Of a DNA stretch of 64,000 nucleotides, positions 27,768-38,390 are shown one piece after another. Where the stretch lies: positions 1,352 to 65,351 of the forward strand of contig CAJAVM010000003.1 in the NCBI GenBank assembly GCA_903945435.1, written 5' to 3'. The translations under genes were made by a program, and so were the position numbers. Each line of letters opens with the position of its first letter. The first letter of the stretch is position 1. Source of the stretch: an uncultured bacterium. GTDB lineage: Bacteria; Patescibacteriota; Patescibacteriia; Patescibacteriales; UBA12465. A model generated the notes under the pieces. It was given only the letters and a program-made list of their open reading frames with translations. It did no database searches and had not been told where the DNA came from.

Positions 27768-28816
27768 TGTTTTTTTGATTCTTCTTTAGCGGCTTTTTTA
27801 AGAGAAGTTACTATTTCATCAATTTCTCCGTCCATTAAACGAGTAATGCTATGCCAAGAAGTATTAATTCTATGGTCAGTAACTCTATCTTGAGGAAAAT
27901 TATAGGTTCTTATTTTATCAGACCTATCACCGCCGCCAACTTGGATTTTGCGAGCACTAGACTCTGATTGCATTCTTTCTTCTTCTTGCTTTGCTAGTAA
28001 ACGAGAACGAAGAACTTGAAAGGCCTTTTCTTTATTTTGATGCTGAGATTTTTGGTCCTGACAACTTACTGTAGTTCCGGTTGGGATGTGAAAGAGTCTA
28101 ATAGCAGAATAGGTTGTATTTACACTTTGTCCACCCGGCCCACTCGAGCAAAAGGTATCAATACGAACATCGCTTAACTTAATTTCAACATCAACTTCTT
28201 CGGCTTCCGGTAGAACAACTACAGTTGACGTTGAAGTGTGCACACGGCCTTGTTTTTCTGTTTCTGGAACACGCTGTACACGATGAGTTCCTGCTTCAAA
28301 CTTTAACAGGCCATAAGCCCCTTCGCCCTTTGCAGTAAAAATAATTTCCTTATAACCACCAATTCCCAAAGTGCTTGAATCAATAAGTTCCATCTTCCAA
28401 CCCTTTCTTTCACAAAATCGAGCATACATTCTAAATAAATCTCCAGCAAATAAAGCTGCTTCATCTCCTCCGGCCCCAGCTCTAATTTCAATAATTGCGT
28501 GTTTTTTATCATTCGGACTTGAGGGATTAACCTCTTCTTCAATATCATCCTGTAGTTTAATGGCCTTTTCTTCTAAATTAACTAATTCTTCTTCAGCCAT
28601 GGCTTGTAATTCGGAGTCCTTTTCGTTATTCATTATTTCCTTATTTTCTTGAATACTTTGATTTGTTTTTTCTAAATCCAAAATCATTGAAACTGCTCTA
28701 CGCAATCCGGCGTGTTCTTGAGAAATTTTTATCATTGCCGCCTGGTCCTTCATTAAGTCGGGATTTGATAATTTTTGTTCAATTTCAGCAAATTGTTGTT
28801 TAATATTTTCGTACAT
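27764..28816 (-). CDS. prfA: Peptide chain release factor 1
   Basis: GGQ motif, PET tripeptide and IRTYNFPQDRVTDHR. Confidence 0.97.
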   Translation of the reverse strand: MYENIKQQFAEIEQKLSNPDLMKDQAAMIKISQEHAGLRRAVSMILDLEKTNQSIQENKEIMNNEKDSELQAMAEEELVNLEEKAIKLQDDIEEEVNPSSPNDKKHAIIEIRAGAGGDEAALFAGDLFRMYARFCERKGWKMELIDSSTLGIGGYKEIIFTAKGEGAYGLLKFEAGTHRVQRVPETEKQGRVHTSTSTVVVLPEAEEVDVEIKLSDVRIDTFCSSGPGGQSVNTTYSAIRLFHIPTGTTVSCQDQKSQHQNKEKAFQVLRSRLLAKQEEERMQSESSARKIQVGGGDRSDKIRTYNFPQDRVTDHRINTSWHSITRLMDGEIDEIVTSLKKAAKEESKKQ

Positions 28817-28931
28817 ATTTTTCGGGATTCATTTTACTAATGCTAAATTCTTCTATCAAAAAAGCAATCAGTTATAATTATTTTAGCATAAATACGTCAA
28901 ATAATTAAAGATGATTGCTTTTTTGGTCTAG

Positions 28932-29264
28932 CTATTTTTTGTTTAGTTGTACTTGAGCGATTTTTTTTATATCTTTTGTTTTAACAACTACTTCCTTTTT
29001 AGCCTTTTCTTCAGCTCTCTTGGCACGCTTTACTTTCTTGCCTTTTTTATCAGCAGAACCAGTTTTAGCTTGAATTTTAGCTTCAAATTTTTCAACACGG
29101 CGAGCAGTATCAACTAGCTTCTGTTTACCAGTGTAAAAAGGATGACAAGCTGAACAAAGTTCAACTTTAATTTCCGGTTCAGTAGAACCGGTTGTAAAAG
29201 TATTACCACAAACACAAGAAACCTTGCAGTCTGCATAATATTTTGGATGGATATTATTTTTCAT
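28932..29264 (-). CDS. rpmE: 50S ribosomal protein L31 (Zn-binding form with a Lys-rich extension)
   Basis: [13 protein letters not shown] and [13 protein letters not shown]. Confidence 0.96.
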   Translation of the reverse strand: MKNNIHPKYYADCKVSCVCGNTFTTGSTEPEIKVELCSACHPFYTGKQKLVDTARRVEKFEAKIQAKTGSADKKGKKVKRAKRAEEKAKKEVVVKTKDIKKIAQVQLNKK

Positions 29265-29411
29265 AGTAAATAAAAAAAATTTTATTGATATTTAATAAAA
29301 TTTCAACTATTAGTTATTTTTCTTTTATGGTATTATTATGCTATCATAACTTTTAAATTTAATCAATAGTCTGATATAATAAGGTTGACCAGGAGCTAGA
29401 ACTTCGGAATT

Positions 29412-30845
29412 ATGACAAAAATACATAATATTGCTAAAAATACTTCATATTTAACAGTGGCCTTAATTTTACAAAAGGTCATTTCTTTTGCTTATTTTAC
29501 GATGTTAGCACGATATTTAGGGCCAGCTGACCTCGGAAAATACTATTTTGCCATCTCTTTTACGACCATTTTTGCTATTTTGATTGATTTAGGCTTTGCT
29601 AATGTATTAACTAGGGAAGTAGCTAAGGACCAAACTAGAGCCGAACGTCTTTTGGGTAATATTTTAGGACTAAAAATACCATTAGCTATTTTTGCTATTT
29701 TTGCTGTTTTTATTTCAATAAATAGTTTCCACTATGATCCGCTAGTTAAAATATTAGTGTATATTTCGTGTATTTCAATGGTATTGGATTCTTTTACTTT
29801 TACTTTCTTTTCTGTAGCTAGAGGGAAGCATAATCTTAAATATGAAAGTATTTCCTCAATTGTTTTTCAGCTTATAGTTTTAGTTGTCGGTTATAGTGCT
29901 TTATTGCTTAATGGCGGATTAATTCCAGCTATGGCGGCTCTAGCCTTAGCAAGTCTATATAATTTTATTTATTCTTGGTTGATTGTTGCTGGAAAACTTA
30001 AAGTTATTATTAAGATATTCTATGATAAGCCAGTTATTAGAGATATAATAAAAATAAGCTGGCCCTTCGCCGTATATGCTATTTTTCAGAGGTTATATAT
30101 GTACCTCGACTCAGTGCTATTAGCTTTTTTTGCCGGAAATGAACAAGTTGGACTTTATCAGGTTGCTTTTAAAATAATTTTTGCTTTACAGTTCTTGCCA
30201 ATGGCCTTTACCGCCTCACTGTATCCAGCTATGAGTGCTTATTGGAAAGACAATAGAGAGCAACTCGTTATCTCGTTTGAAAGAGCGATTAATTATTTAA
30301 TTATTATTTCCTGGCCAATAATTATCGGAATAGTATTATTAGCCGATAAAATAGTTTTATTGTTTAAGGTTGGGTATAATGGTGCAATCTTGCCATTGCA
30401 AATATCAATTATTTCCTTATTCTTTATTTTTATTAATTTTCCAATTGGATCTCTGCTTAATGCTTGTGATAGACAGAGAAGAAATACTTTCAATATGGGA
30501 ATAGCAACTATTGTGAGTGTTATCCTGAATCTTATTTTAATTCCTCGTTTTCAGGCTGTCGGTGCTAGTGTTACTGTTTTGATAACTAACCTGGTAATGT
30601 TTTTATTAGGAATTTTCTTGGTAAGAAAAATTATAAGTTATAGACCAGCTAAGAATCTAATCGTTTTTTTTAAGTCTTTAGCCGCCGCAATTTTAATGGG
30701 GACGACCATCCTATTTGGAAAAGTTTATTTAAACATTTTCATTCTGATTCCAATTGGCGGAATTTTATATTTTTATTTCTTGTATTTATTTGGCGGATTT
30801 AAAAAAAATGATATTTCTAGCGTATTTAAATCTCTCAAACTATGA
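29412..30845 (+). CDS. Polysaccharide flippase (Wzx/MOP family)
   Basis: Many TM helices, ARYLGPADLGKY and VGLYQVA. Confidence 0.9.
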   Translation: MTKIHNIAKNTSYLTVALILQKVISFAYFTMLARYLGPADLGKYYFAISFTTIFAILIDLGFANVLTREVAKDQTRAERLLGNILGLKIPLAIFAIFAVFISINSFHYDPLVKILVYISCISMVLDSFTFTFFSVARGKHNLKYESISSIVFQLIVLVVGYSALLLNGGLIPAMAALALASLYNFIYSWLIVAGKLKVIIKIFYDKPVIRDIIKISWPFAVYAIFQRLYMYLDSVLLAFFAGNEQVGLYQVAFKIIFALQFLPMAFTASLYPAMSAYWKDNREQLVISFERAINYLIIISWPIIIGIVLLADKIVLLFKVGYNGAILPLQISIISLFFIFINFPIGSLLNACDRQRRNTFNMGIATIVSVILNLILIPRFQAVGASVTVLITNLVMFLLGIFLVRKIISYRPAKNLIVFFKSLAAAILMGTTILFGKVYLNIFILIPIGGILYFYFLYLFGGFKKNDISSVFKSLKL

Positions 30846-31927
30846 AGACTTTACTTATTACTTTAGAATTTCCGCCGTTTAAGGGTGGTGTAGCTAGTTA
30901 TTATTCCAATCTGGTAAAATATTGGCCTTTAGGGGAGAAAATTGATGTAATGGATAACAACCATCAAGAACTAATGTCTGAATGTGGTAAATTTTCCTGG
31001 TTAAAATCGGTTAGTATTTTGTTAAAGGCTTTAAAAAGGCCGGGATTTGATTATCTTCTAGTTGGTCAGATATTACCCTTAGGAACTGTTGCTTACTTAG
31101 CTACTTTAATTAAGCCATTTACGTATGGAGTTGTACTTCATGGTCTTGATTTTACTTCGGCTATTAAGTCTAGTCGTAAAAGATTTTTAACTAAATTAAT
31201 TTTAAAAAAGGCTAATAAGATTATTTGTGCTAATTCTAGAGTTGCACAAATGGTAAGAGTCTTTGATTCTGGTTTATCAGAAAAAACAGAGATCGTTAAT
31301 CCTGGTATTGAACCGATTATTGCTCAGCCAAGTTCTGAAAGTATTACAAATTTACAAGCTACTTATAAATTACATGATCATTTTATTTTATTTACTTTAG
31401 GGCGGCTTACTTTAAGAAAAGGAGTGGATTCAGTAATTAAGGCTTTGAGTGAGTGGGGGCCAGAAGATTTAAAAATTAAATATTTTATTGCTGGATCTGG
31501 TAGCGAAGAAAAATACCTACGTTCACTAGCAGCCGTTTCACCTTTAAGTGAATCGATAGTTTTCTTAGGTGAAATTAACGAAGACGAAAAATGGCTATGG
31601 CTTCATGCTTGCGATTTATTTATTATGCCAGCTAGAGAAATCGGTAATGATTTTGAAGGTTTTGGTATCGTATATCTAGAAGCGAACCTGGCCGGAAAGA
31701 TGGTTGTCGCTGGAAATTCCGGTGGCGTTAAGGATGCTGTTGAGGAGGGTGTAAGTGGATTCCTGGTAGACCCAGAAAATATTTCTGAAATTAAAAATTT
31801 AATTATAAAATTAAAGAATAATAAAGACCTGCTATTTAATATGGGTAAACGAGGAAGAGAAAGAGCTATTACTAATTTTAATTGGGAAAAACAGTCAGAG
31901 CGTTTATGCCATATAATTAAAAAATAA
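30842..31927 (+). CDS. Glycosyltransferase family 4
   Basis: EFPPFKGG and EGFGIVYLEA. Confidence 0.9.
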   Translation: MKTLLITLEFPPFKGGVASYYSNLVKYWPLGEKIDVMDNNHQELMSECGKFSWLKSVSILLKALKRPGFDYLLVGQILPLGTVAYLATLIKPFTYGVVLHGLDFTSAIKSSRKRFLTKLILKKANKIICANSRVAQMVRVFDSGLSEKTEIVNPGIEPIIAQPSSESITNLQATYKLHDHFILFTLGRLTLRKGVDSVIKALSEWGPEDLKIKYFIAGSGSEEKYLRSLAAVSPLSESIVFLGEINEDEKWLWLHACDLFIMPAREIGNDFEGFGIVYLEANLAGKMVVAGNSGGVKDAVEEGVSGFLVDPENISEIKNLIIKLKNNKDLLFNMGKRGRERAITNFNWEKQSERLCHIIKK

Positions 31928-31929
31928 AT

Positions 31930-32628
31930 ATGATTTCAATTATTATTCCACTTTATAATGCCGAGAAAACAATATCTAAAACTTTAGCAAGTTTAGAAAA
32001 GCAAACTTATCAAGATTTTGAAGTTATTATTGTAAATGATGGCTCCCTTGATAACTCTGAGCAAATAGTTGCTAATTATCTACAAAAAACTGATAACAAT
32101 CATTCATATTTTTTCTTAAATCAAAAAAACCAAGGAGCACCAGCCGCTCGTAATCGTGGATTTAAGGAGGCTAAAGGAGATTTTTTATTGTTCTGTGATT
32201 CTGATGCAATTCTTGCAAATCAAGCACTAGAAATTATGCTAGAGAATATTAATCAGAATCCTGAGGCTAGTTATGTTTATTCTTCTTTTAATTGGGGTAA
32301 AAAATTATTTCGTTTAGAAGATTTTAACCCTGATAAATTAAGAAAGGTTCCATATATCCATACTATGTCGCTAATTAGGCGCTCAGCTTTCCCGACTGTA
32401 GGCTGGGATATTAAAATTAAAAAATTTCAAGATTGGGATTTATGGTTAACGATGTTAGAGGAGGGGAAAATAGGGTTTTGGATTCCTCAGGTTCTCTTTA
32501 AAATTATTCCTGGGGGGACAATAAGCTCCTGGCTTCCTTCATTTGCTTATAAATTATTTCCATTTTTGCCAGCAGTAAAAAAATATAAACAAGCAATGGA
32601 GATTATTAAACAAAAACATGGCTTATAA
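31930..32628 (+). CDS. Glycosyltransferase family 2
   Basis: ISIIIPLYN, VNDGS, ARNRG and DSD. Confidence 0.92.
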   Translation: MISIIIPLYNAEKTISKTLASLEKQTYQDFEVIIVNDGSLDNSEQIVANYLQKTDNNHSYFFLNQKNQGAPAARNRGFKEAKGDFLLFCDSDAILANQALEIMLENINQNPEASYVYSSFNWGKKLFRLEDFNPDKLRKVPYIHTMSLIRRSAFPTVGWDIKIKKFQDWDLWLTMLEEGKIGFWIPQVLFKIIPGGTISSWLPSFAYKLFPFLPAVKKYKQAMEIIKQKHGL

Positions 32629-33100
32629 AAAACGTTGGCCACTAGCAATTATTAGCTCAATTTTTTTGATATTTTTAATATCAATTCTTGTTGCTAACAA
32701 TCAAAATACTATAAACGAAATAGAAAAATCTATAGACAGTAAAGAAATTGTTAGTATAAATGGGGAAGTTATAGAATTAGAGGTAGTAACTTCAGCGGAT
32801 AAAATGTATCAGGGTTTGAGTGGTCGAAAATCGTTATGTGTTGATTGTGGAATGTTATTTAAATTTTCTGATTCCGCTCCGCGTAGTTTTGTTATGAGGA
32901 ATATGCTTATCCCGCTAGATATAGTCTTTATTAATGAGGGCAGGATTGTAAAAATATATAAAAATTTAAATCCAGAGGGCTCTAATCCAACTACGCTTTA
33001 TGAGAGCGTTTTTCCGGCTCGGTATGTTTTAGAGTTGAATGCTAATAAGACCGACTCCCTGGGTTTAAATATTGGTGATGCATTAAATATAAATGACTAA
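32618..33100 (+). CDS. DUF192 family protein
   Basis: QGLSGR...GMLF...MRNMLIPLDIVF...YVLELNA. Confidence 0.88.
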   Translation: MAYKKRWPLAIISSIFLIFLISILVANNQNTINEIEKSIDSKEIVSINGEVIELEVVTSADKMYQGLSGRKSLCVDCGMLFKFSDSAPRSFVMRNMLIPLDIVFINEGRIVKIYKNLNPEGSNPTTLYESVFPARYVLELNANKTDSLGLNIGDALNIND

Positions 33101-34559
33101 AATTAATTTTAAAAACATTTCAATAATTTTAGGTATATTTCTGATTTTAGAAATATTATCAGCCTTTAGTTTCGCATACTCCATAGCTAATCCAATTATC
33201 TTTTTAAGCTTATCCTTGTTAGTACTCGTTCTTTCTATTTATAAATTAGAATATGGCCTACTGATAGTATTAACAGAATTGGTGATTGGCTCTAAAGGTT
33301 ATTTGATTTATTTATCTTTAGGAGGGGGTAAACTACTAGCTTTACGTTTAGTGATTTGGTCAATTTTGATTTTAGTTTTTTGTATAAAATTTATTATACA
33401 ACTTAGAACGGATGGCAAAAAATCAGAGTATTTACAAAAAATTAAAAACTTTATTTTCTTAAAATATTATTTAATTCTAGCTGGCTTAATTATTATCGGC
33501 TTAGTCTCGGCCTTTATCTATAAAAATAATATTACTAATATTTTTCTTGATTTTAATGCTTGGATTTATTTTTTAATTTTATTTCCAGTAATCGCAATTA
33601 ATTTAAAGAGGGAACAATTAATTAATATTTTTCTCGCTGGCTCTATTTGGATAAGTTTAAAAACTCTTATTCTGCTAGCAGTTTTCTCTAATGATTTCAT
33701 TTTTGCTCATCAAGTATATTCTTGGCTTAGAAAAACCTTGGTAGGCGAAATGACAACCGCTAATGGTTGGAATCGCGTGTTTATTCAATCTCAAATATTT
33801 CCTATTATTGCCTATTTTTTTCTATTATTTAGATTAACCTATATTGATAGGTTTAAAAATCTATTTAATAAGGAAAATATTAGTTATTTTATTTTAATAG
33901 CTTTATTTTTAAGCACATTACTAATTAGTCTTTCTCGTAGCTTTTGGGTTGGCTTTGCAGTTACTACGTGTTTCAGTATAGTCTATATTTGTCACTTATA
34001 TTCCTTAAAAAGAGCCGCCTTAATGATTCTGTGGTCATTTATAGGCTCAATTTTGGCTATAGTTATGATATTAATTGCTACACCACGTTTAGTTAATAAT
34101 TTAGATAATCAGCTTATCAGCCGCGTTGGAAACAAGAAAGAGGCTGCTTTAGTTTCTCGCTGGATGCTTTTACCCAAACTAATGGATGAAATAAAAGTTA
34201 ATCCCATTTCTGGACAAGGATTTGGAAAAACAGTAACCTATACTTCTAGCGACCCACGTGTTTTAGCTAGTAATTCTGGTGGTCGGTATACAACTTATGC
34301 TTTTGAATGGGGTTATCTTGATATTTGGTTAAAAATTGGCTTATTAGGCCTAGTCGCTTATTTGCTACTCATTTATAAGATTATTTATGTCGGGGTAATT
34401 AAGGGTATTAAATCTGGAAATTCTATCTATATCGGAATTGCGGCGGGATGTTTTTTTCTGGTAATTGTAAATATTTTTACCCCATATCTGAATCATCCGC
34501 TGGGCATTGGTTTTATTGTGCTTAGCTCTTGTTTAATTCTAAAAGATAGAGTATATTAA
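33093..34559 (+). CDS. O-antigen ligase/polymerase family membrane protein
   Basis: Multi-TM, SLSRSFW and PISGQGFG; located in a glycosylation cluster. Confidence 0.8.
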   Translation: MTKINFKNISIILGIFLILEILSAFSFAYSIANPIIFLSLSLLVLVLSIYKLEYGLLIVLTELVIGSKGYLIYLSLGGGKLLALRLVIWSILILVFCIKFIIQLRTDGKKSEYLQKIKNFIFLKYYLILAGLIIIGLVSAFIYKNNITNIFLDFNAWIYFLILFPVIAINLKREQLINIFLAGSIWISLKTLILLAVFSNDFIFAHQVYSWLRKTLVGEMTTANGWNRVFIQSQIFPIIAYFFLLFRLTYIDRFKNLFNKENISYFILIALFLSTLLISLSRSFWVGFAVTTCFSIVYICHLYSLKRAALMILWSFIGSILAIVMILIATPRLVNNLDNQLISRVGNKKEAALVSRWMLLPKLMDEIKVNPISGQGFGKTVTYTSSDPRVLASNSGGRYTTYAFEWGYLDIWLKIGLLGLVAYLLLIYKIIYVGVIKGIKSGNSIYIGIAAGCFFLVIVNIFTPYLNHPLGIGFIVLSSCLILKDRVY

Positions 34560-34587
34560 ACATAATTAATTTTAATAATTAAATATT

Positions 34588-35046
34588 ATGAATGAGCAGA
34601 TAATCTCTCAAGAAGGATACGATAAAATAAGCGAAGAACTTAATTATTTAACTACCGTTAAGCGAAAAGAAATCGCAGAAAGAATAGAAAGAGCGAAAGA
34701 CCTTGGTGACTTGAGCGAAAATGCTGAATATAGTGAAGCTAAAGATGCTCAGGCTTTAAATGAAGGACGCGTCTTAGAATTAGCTGGGATTCTTAAAAAT
34801 GTAACCGTTGTTGCTAGCGGCGGCGCTAAAGATGAGGTTGTTATGGGTTCAAAAGTTACCGCTTCAAGTAATGGAAATGAAAGACAGTATACTATCGTGA
34901 GCTTTAATGAAGCTGACCCTGTTAACGGTAAAATTTCAAATGAATCTCCATTAGGAGTTGCTTTTTTGCATCGTAAAAAGGGTGAACAAGTTGATGTAGA
35001 AACTCCACGTGGTTTAGTAAAATACAAAATTATTAAAATAGACTAA
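34588..35046 (+). CDS. greA: Transcription elongation factor GreA
   Basis: GDLSENAEY and KISNESPLG. Confidence 0.96.
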   Translation: MNEQIISQEGYDKISEELNYLTTVKRKEIAERIERAKDLGDLSENAEYSEAKDAQALNEGRVLELAGILKNVTVVASGGAKDEVVMGSKVTASSNGNERQYTIVSFNEADPVNGKISNESPLGVAFLHRKKGEQVDVETPRGLVKYKIIKID

Positions 35047-35058
35047 CTCTAAAAAAGT

Positions 35059-36573
35059 ATGTCAGTCGCTAATAATATTAAGGCAACCGAAGTTAATACA
35101 AAATTAAGTGAACGAGATGAGCGCTTAAAAAAGTTAACTGAGTTAAAAGAAAAAAAATACGTCGCTTATCCTGCTAAAACAAAACGAGATTTTGAAATAA
35201 TTTCAATTCTTAATGATTTTGTAAAATTTGAAGAGTCGGCTAAAGAGTTTAATATTGTTGGTCGTTTACGAAGTGTTAGAAGTCATGGTAATTTAACCTT
35301 TGTTAATTTAGAAGATGCGAGTGGTAATATTCAGATTGCTCTCTCAAAAAAAGAATTGGGTGATGTAAAATATAAAGATTTTGTGAAATTGATTGATAAT
35401 GGAGATTTTATTCAGATTAATGGCTCTTGTTTTACTACTCACAAAGGAGAAAAGAGTGTAATGGCTAAAGATTGGATATTACTAACAAAGGCTTTACGTC
35501 CGATTCCTGATGCTTGGTATGGATTAAAAGATGATGAAGATAGATATCGTAAACGTTATCTAGATTTATTACTTAATCCAGAAATGAGAGACACTTTCTA
35601 TAAACGGGCTAAATTTTGGGAAGTTGCTCGTGATTTTATGAAGCAACGCGGTTTCTTTGAAGTTGAAACCCCAACTCTTGAAACTACAACTGGCGGAGCA
35701 GAAGCAAATCCTTTTAAAACTCATCACGAAGATTATGACTTAGATGTTTATTTAAGAATATCTGTTGGCGAATTATGGCAGAAACGGTTGATGGCTGCGG
35801 GCTATGAAAAGGTTTTTGAAGTTGGACGCGTATATCGTAATGAAGGGTCTAGTCCTGATCATCTTCAAGAATTTACCAATTTAGAGTTCTATATGGCTTA
35901 CGCTGATTATGAAATAGGTATGAAAATTGCTCAAGAATTATATCAAGAAATTGCGACTAAAGTTTTTGGTAAAACTAAATTTATTACTAAGGGGTTTGAA
36001 TATGATTTAGCTGGAGAATGGCCAAAAATTGATTATCAAGCAGAAGTTTTGAAGCAAACTGGAATTGATGTGTTAAAAGCTAGCGAAGAAGAGATGAAAA
36101 ATAAGTTGTCTGAGTTACAAGTAAAATATGAGGGTGATAATCGTGAGCGTTTAATGGATACTCTTTGGAAATATTGTCGCAAAAATATCGCTGGTCCAGT
36201 ATTTTTAATTAATCATCCCAAATTAGTTTCCCCCCTTGCTAAGGCAAAAATAGATAATCCGGAATTAACTGAACGTTTCCAAATTATTATTGCTGGAAGT
36301 GAAATAGGGAACGGCTTTTCAGAGTTAAATGACCCAGTTGACCAATACAATCGATTTTCTTTGCAACAAACATTGTTAGATAAGGGCGATAAGGAAGCAA
36401 TGATGCCTGATTGGGAATTTGTAGAAATGCTTGAATACGGGATGCCACCTACTTGTGGGTTTGGCTTTGGTGAAAGATTATTTGCTTTTATGATGGATAA
36501 GCCAATTAGAGAAACGACTTTATTCCCACTCATGAAACCAAAATTAGAAATTGAAATTGAAGACGAAAAGTAG
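35059..36573 (+). CDS. lysS: Lysine--tRNA ligase (class II)
   Basis: OB fold, YRKRYLDL, YRNEG and EYGMPPTCGFGFG. Confidence 0.96.
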   Translation: MSVANNIKATEVNTKLSERDERLKKLTELKEKKYVAYPAKTKRDFEIISILNDFVKFEESAKEFNIVGRLRSVRSHGNLTFVNLEDASGNIQIALSKKELGDVKYKDFVKLIDNGDFIQINGSCFTTHKGEKSVMAKDWILLTKALRPIPDAWYGLKDDEDRYRKRYLDLLLNPEMRDTFYKRAKFWEVARDFMKQRGFFEVETPTLETTTGGAEANPFKTHHEDYDLDVYLRISVGELWQKRLMAAGYEKVFEVGRVYRNEGSSPDHLQEFTNLEFYMAYADYEIGMKIAQELYQEIATKVFGKTKFITKGFEYDLAGEWPKIDYQAEVLKQTGIDVLKASEEEMKNKLSELQVKYEGDNRERLMDTLWKYCRKNIAGPVFLINHPKLVSPLAKAKIDNPELTERFQIIIAGSEIGNGFSELNDPVDQYNRFSLQQTLLDKGDKEAMMPDWEFVEMLEYGMPPTCGFGFGERLFAFMMDKPIRETTLFPLMKPKLEIEIEDEK

Positions 36574-36587
36574 CTTTCGTCTTATAT

Positions 36588-36661
36588 TCGGGGATCGTCT
36601 AACGGTAGGACAACAGGTTCTGGTCCTGTTTATTGGGGTTCGAATCCCTATCCCCGAGCCA
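36588..36661 (+). tRNA. tRNA-Gln(CTG) with encoded CCA
   Basis: Acceptor TCGGGGA/TCCCCGA-G-CCA, anticodon arm ACAGG-TTCTGGT-CCTGT, T-loop GGTTCGAATCC. Confidence 0.95.
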
Positions 36662-36671
36662 ATACGATTTT

Positions 36672-36693
36672 GGTGTTTAAGACCGACACAAGG
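36672..36693. repeat. Candidate attL
   Basis: GTTTAAGACCGACACAAGG (36675-36693) matches 14/19 to GTTCTAGACAGACACGGGG (54237-54255). Confidence 0.55.
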
Positions 36694-36719
36694 CATTAAA
36701 CGTTAGCCAAAATACAAAG

Positions 36720-36748
36720 AAGTTCAGCTTATACTGAGCTTTTTTGTT
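36720..36748 (+). terminator. Terminator downstream of tRNA-Gln (inside the element)
   Basis: AAGTTCAG-CTTATA-CTGAGCTT followed by TTTTG. Confidence 0.7.
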
Positions 36749-36916
36749 GGAGTCAAGTGAGTGTAAACTGGTGTAAATAATGAAAAATATTGGTTCGAAT
36801 ACGAGTTCTGTCAAAATATATTTTATAAAAATGTTTCCGAAAAGTTATTGCTATATTTCAGCCATTTTTAGTATGGGCTGGCTAAGTAAAACATGCTATT
36901 ATGTCAGTGTAATAAT

Positions 36917-37699
36917 ATGCCTAATTTTAATAACTTAGATTTAAAAAATTGGAAAGATTCAGAGATTTGGACTGATAGTCTTTGGATTATTAAAGAACGT
37001 GATAAGTCGGGGAAACACGACGGTTTTTATCATGGCAATTTTGTTCCGCAAATACCTCATCAATTAATTTTAAGATATAGTAAAGAGAATGATGTAGTCT
37101 TTGATCCATTTTTAGGTAGCGGCACAACGGCATATGAATGTGAAACTTTAAAGAGACATTTTGTTGGTATAGAAATTCAACCAACATTAGTTAAACATGT
37201 GCAATCAAAACTCGATAGTAAAAAGAATTTCTTTGAGATTTTAGCGGCTGATAGCACTGAAGAAAAGACTTTTAATAAAATAGAAGAAGCTTTAAAGAAA
37301 CATAAGAGAATAAAAGTTCAATTGGCTATTTTACATCCACCATATGCTAATATTGTTAAGTTCAGTGATAATAAAAACGACTTATCTAACGCTAAAGATT
37401 TAAGACAATTTTTGAATCAATTTTCTAGTGTTGTTAAAAATACTTTGACTATTTTAGAAAAAGGGCGGTATATTGCTATAGTTATGGGCGATAAGTATGA
37501 AAAAGGCCAATGGATACCGTTGGGTTTTTATTGTATGAATGAGGCTTATAAGTTGGGTTTAACGCTAAAAAGCGTTATAATAAAGAATATGGAGGGAAAT
37601 AGGGCTAAGCAAAATAAGGAAGGAATCTGGCGTTACCGAGCTCTAACTAGCGATTATTATATTTTTAAACACGAATATATATTAATTTTCAAATATTAG
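36917..37699 (+). CDS. Amino-DNA methyltransferase (N4-C/N6-A)
   Basis: FDPFLGSGTT SAM-binding motif precedes an HPPY catalytic motif; likely start MPNFNNL at 36917. Confidence 0.85.
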   Translation: MPNFNNLDLKNWKDSEIWTDSLWIIKERDKSGKHDGFYHGNFVPQIPHQLILRYSKENDVVFDPFLGSGTTAYECETLKRHFVGIEIQPTLVKHVQSKLDSKKNFFEILAADSTEEKTFNKIEEALKKHKRIKVQLAILHPPYANIVKFSDNKNDLSNAKDLRQFLNQFSSVVKNTLTILEKGRYIAIVMGDKYEKGQWIPLGFYCMNEAYKLGLTLKSVIIKNMEGNRAKQNKEGIWRYRALTSDYYIFKHEYILIFKY

Positions 37700-37700
37700 T

Positions 37701-38381
37701 ATGACAAATAATGAATTATTTTTAGAACTTGCGAAGCCAAATAAAGATGGTGTGAGTCGCTGGGTTCCAGTTTCAGAATTTATTGGTAAATATAAAAAAC
37801 TTCAACTTGGAAATGGTGGAAGTTGGTGCCGAGCTAGTTCAAGCTTGGCAAAGAAATACATTGTCGAGTTTGATAAAAATAAAACAGCCGGTAATTCTAT
37901 TGACGGAGTTCGCTTGGCTGGTTTTAATAATAAAAAAATATTAAACCAAAATATTAGAAAAGATATAAAAGATTTTTATAAAGTACAAAACTGTGTGATG
38001 CTTGGGGTTAATGGTAAATCTGAAAATACAAAGATAGAAATAGATCACAAAGATGGTAGAAAAGAGGATCACAGACTTTCAAATTTAAAAGAACAACAAA
38101 TAACTGATTTTCAACCACTTTCAAAAGCGGCAAATGATATTAAAAGGCAAATTTGCAAAAGATGTAAGGAAACTAATAAACGTTGGAATGCAAAAAATAT
38201 TAAGGGTAATCCATTTGATTTTTATGCAGGAAATGAAAATTATTCTGAAGAATTGGGATGTAAAGGATGTTACCAATATGATCCTGTAGAATACAGGAAA
38301 GTTGTTGTTAGAAAAGTTGGTGAATTATCAGCAAAGGAAGCGGTAGATAAGGTTTTTAAAAAATTATACCCAGAAGAATAA
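37701..38381 (+). CDS. Type II HNH restriction endonuclease, NlaIII/IceA1-like (predicted CATG specificity)
   Basis: GNSID...NQNIRKDIK...SENTKIEIDHKDGRK...NDIKRQICKRC...GCKGCYQYDP closely resembles the IceA1/NlaIII family as recalled. Confidence 0.82.
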   Translation: MTNNELFLELAKPNKDGVSRWVPVSEFIGKYKKLQLGNGGSWCRASSSLAKKYIVEFDKNKTAGNSIDGVRLAGFNNKKILNQNIRKDIKDFYKVQNCVMLGVNGKSENTKIEIDHKDGRKEDHRLSNLKEQQITDFQPLSKAANDIKRQICKRCKETNKRWNAKNIKGNPFDFYAGNENYSEELGCKGCYQYDPVEYRKVVVRKVGELSAKEAVDKVFKKLYPEE

Positions 38382-38390
38382 CAATAAAAT

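Noticed and set aside
36788-36804. TATTGGTTCGAATACGA, resembling the tRNA-Gln T-arm, as a possible att duplication
   Set aside because: Short, gapped match only about 130 bp from the tRNA; no tRNA 3' copy was found at the far end, so a tyrosine-integrase-type att is not supported
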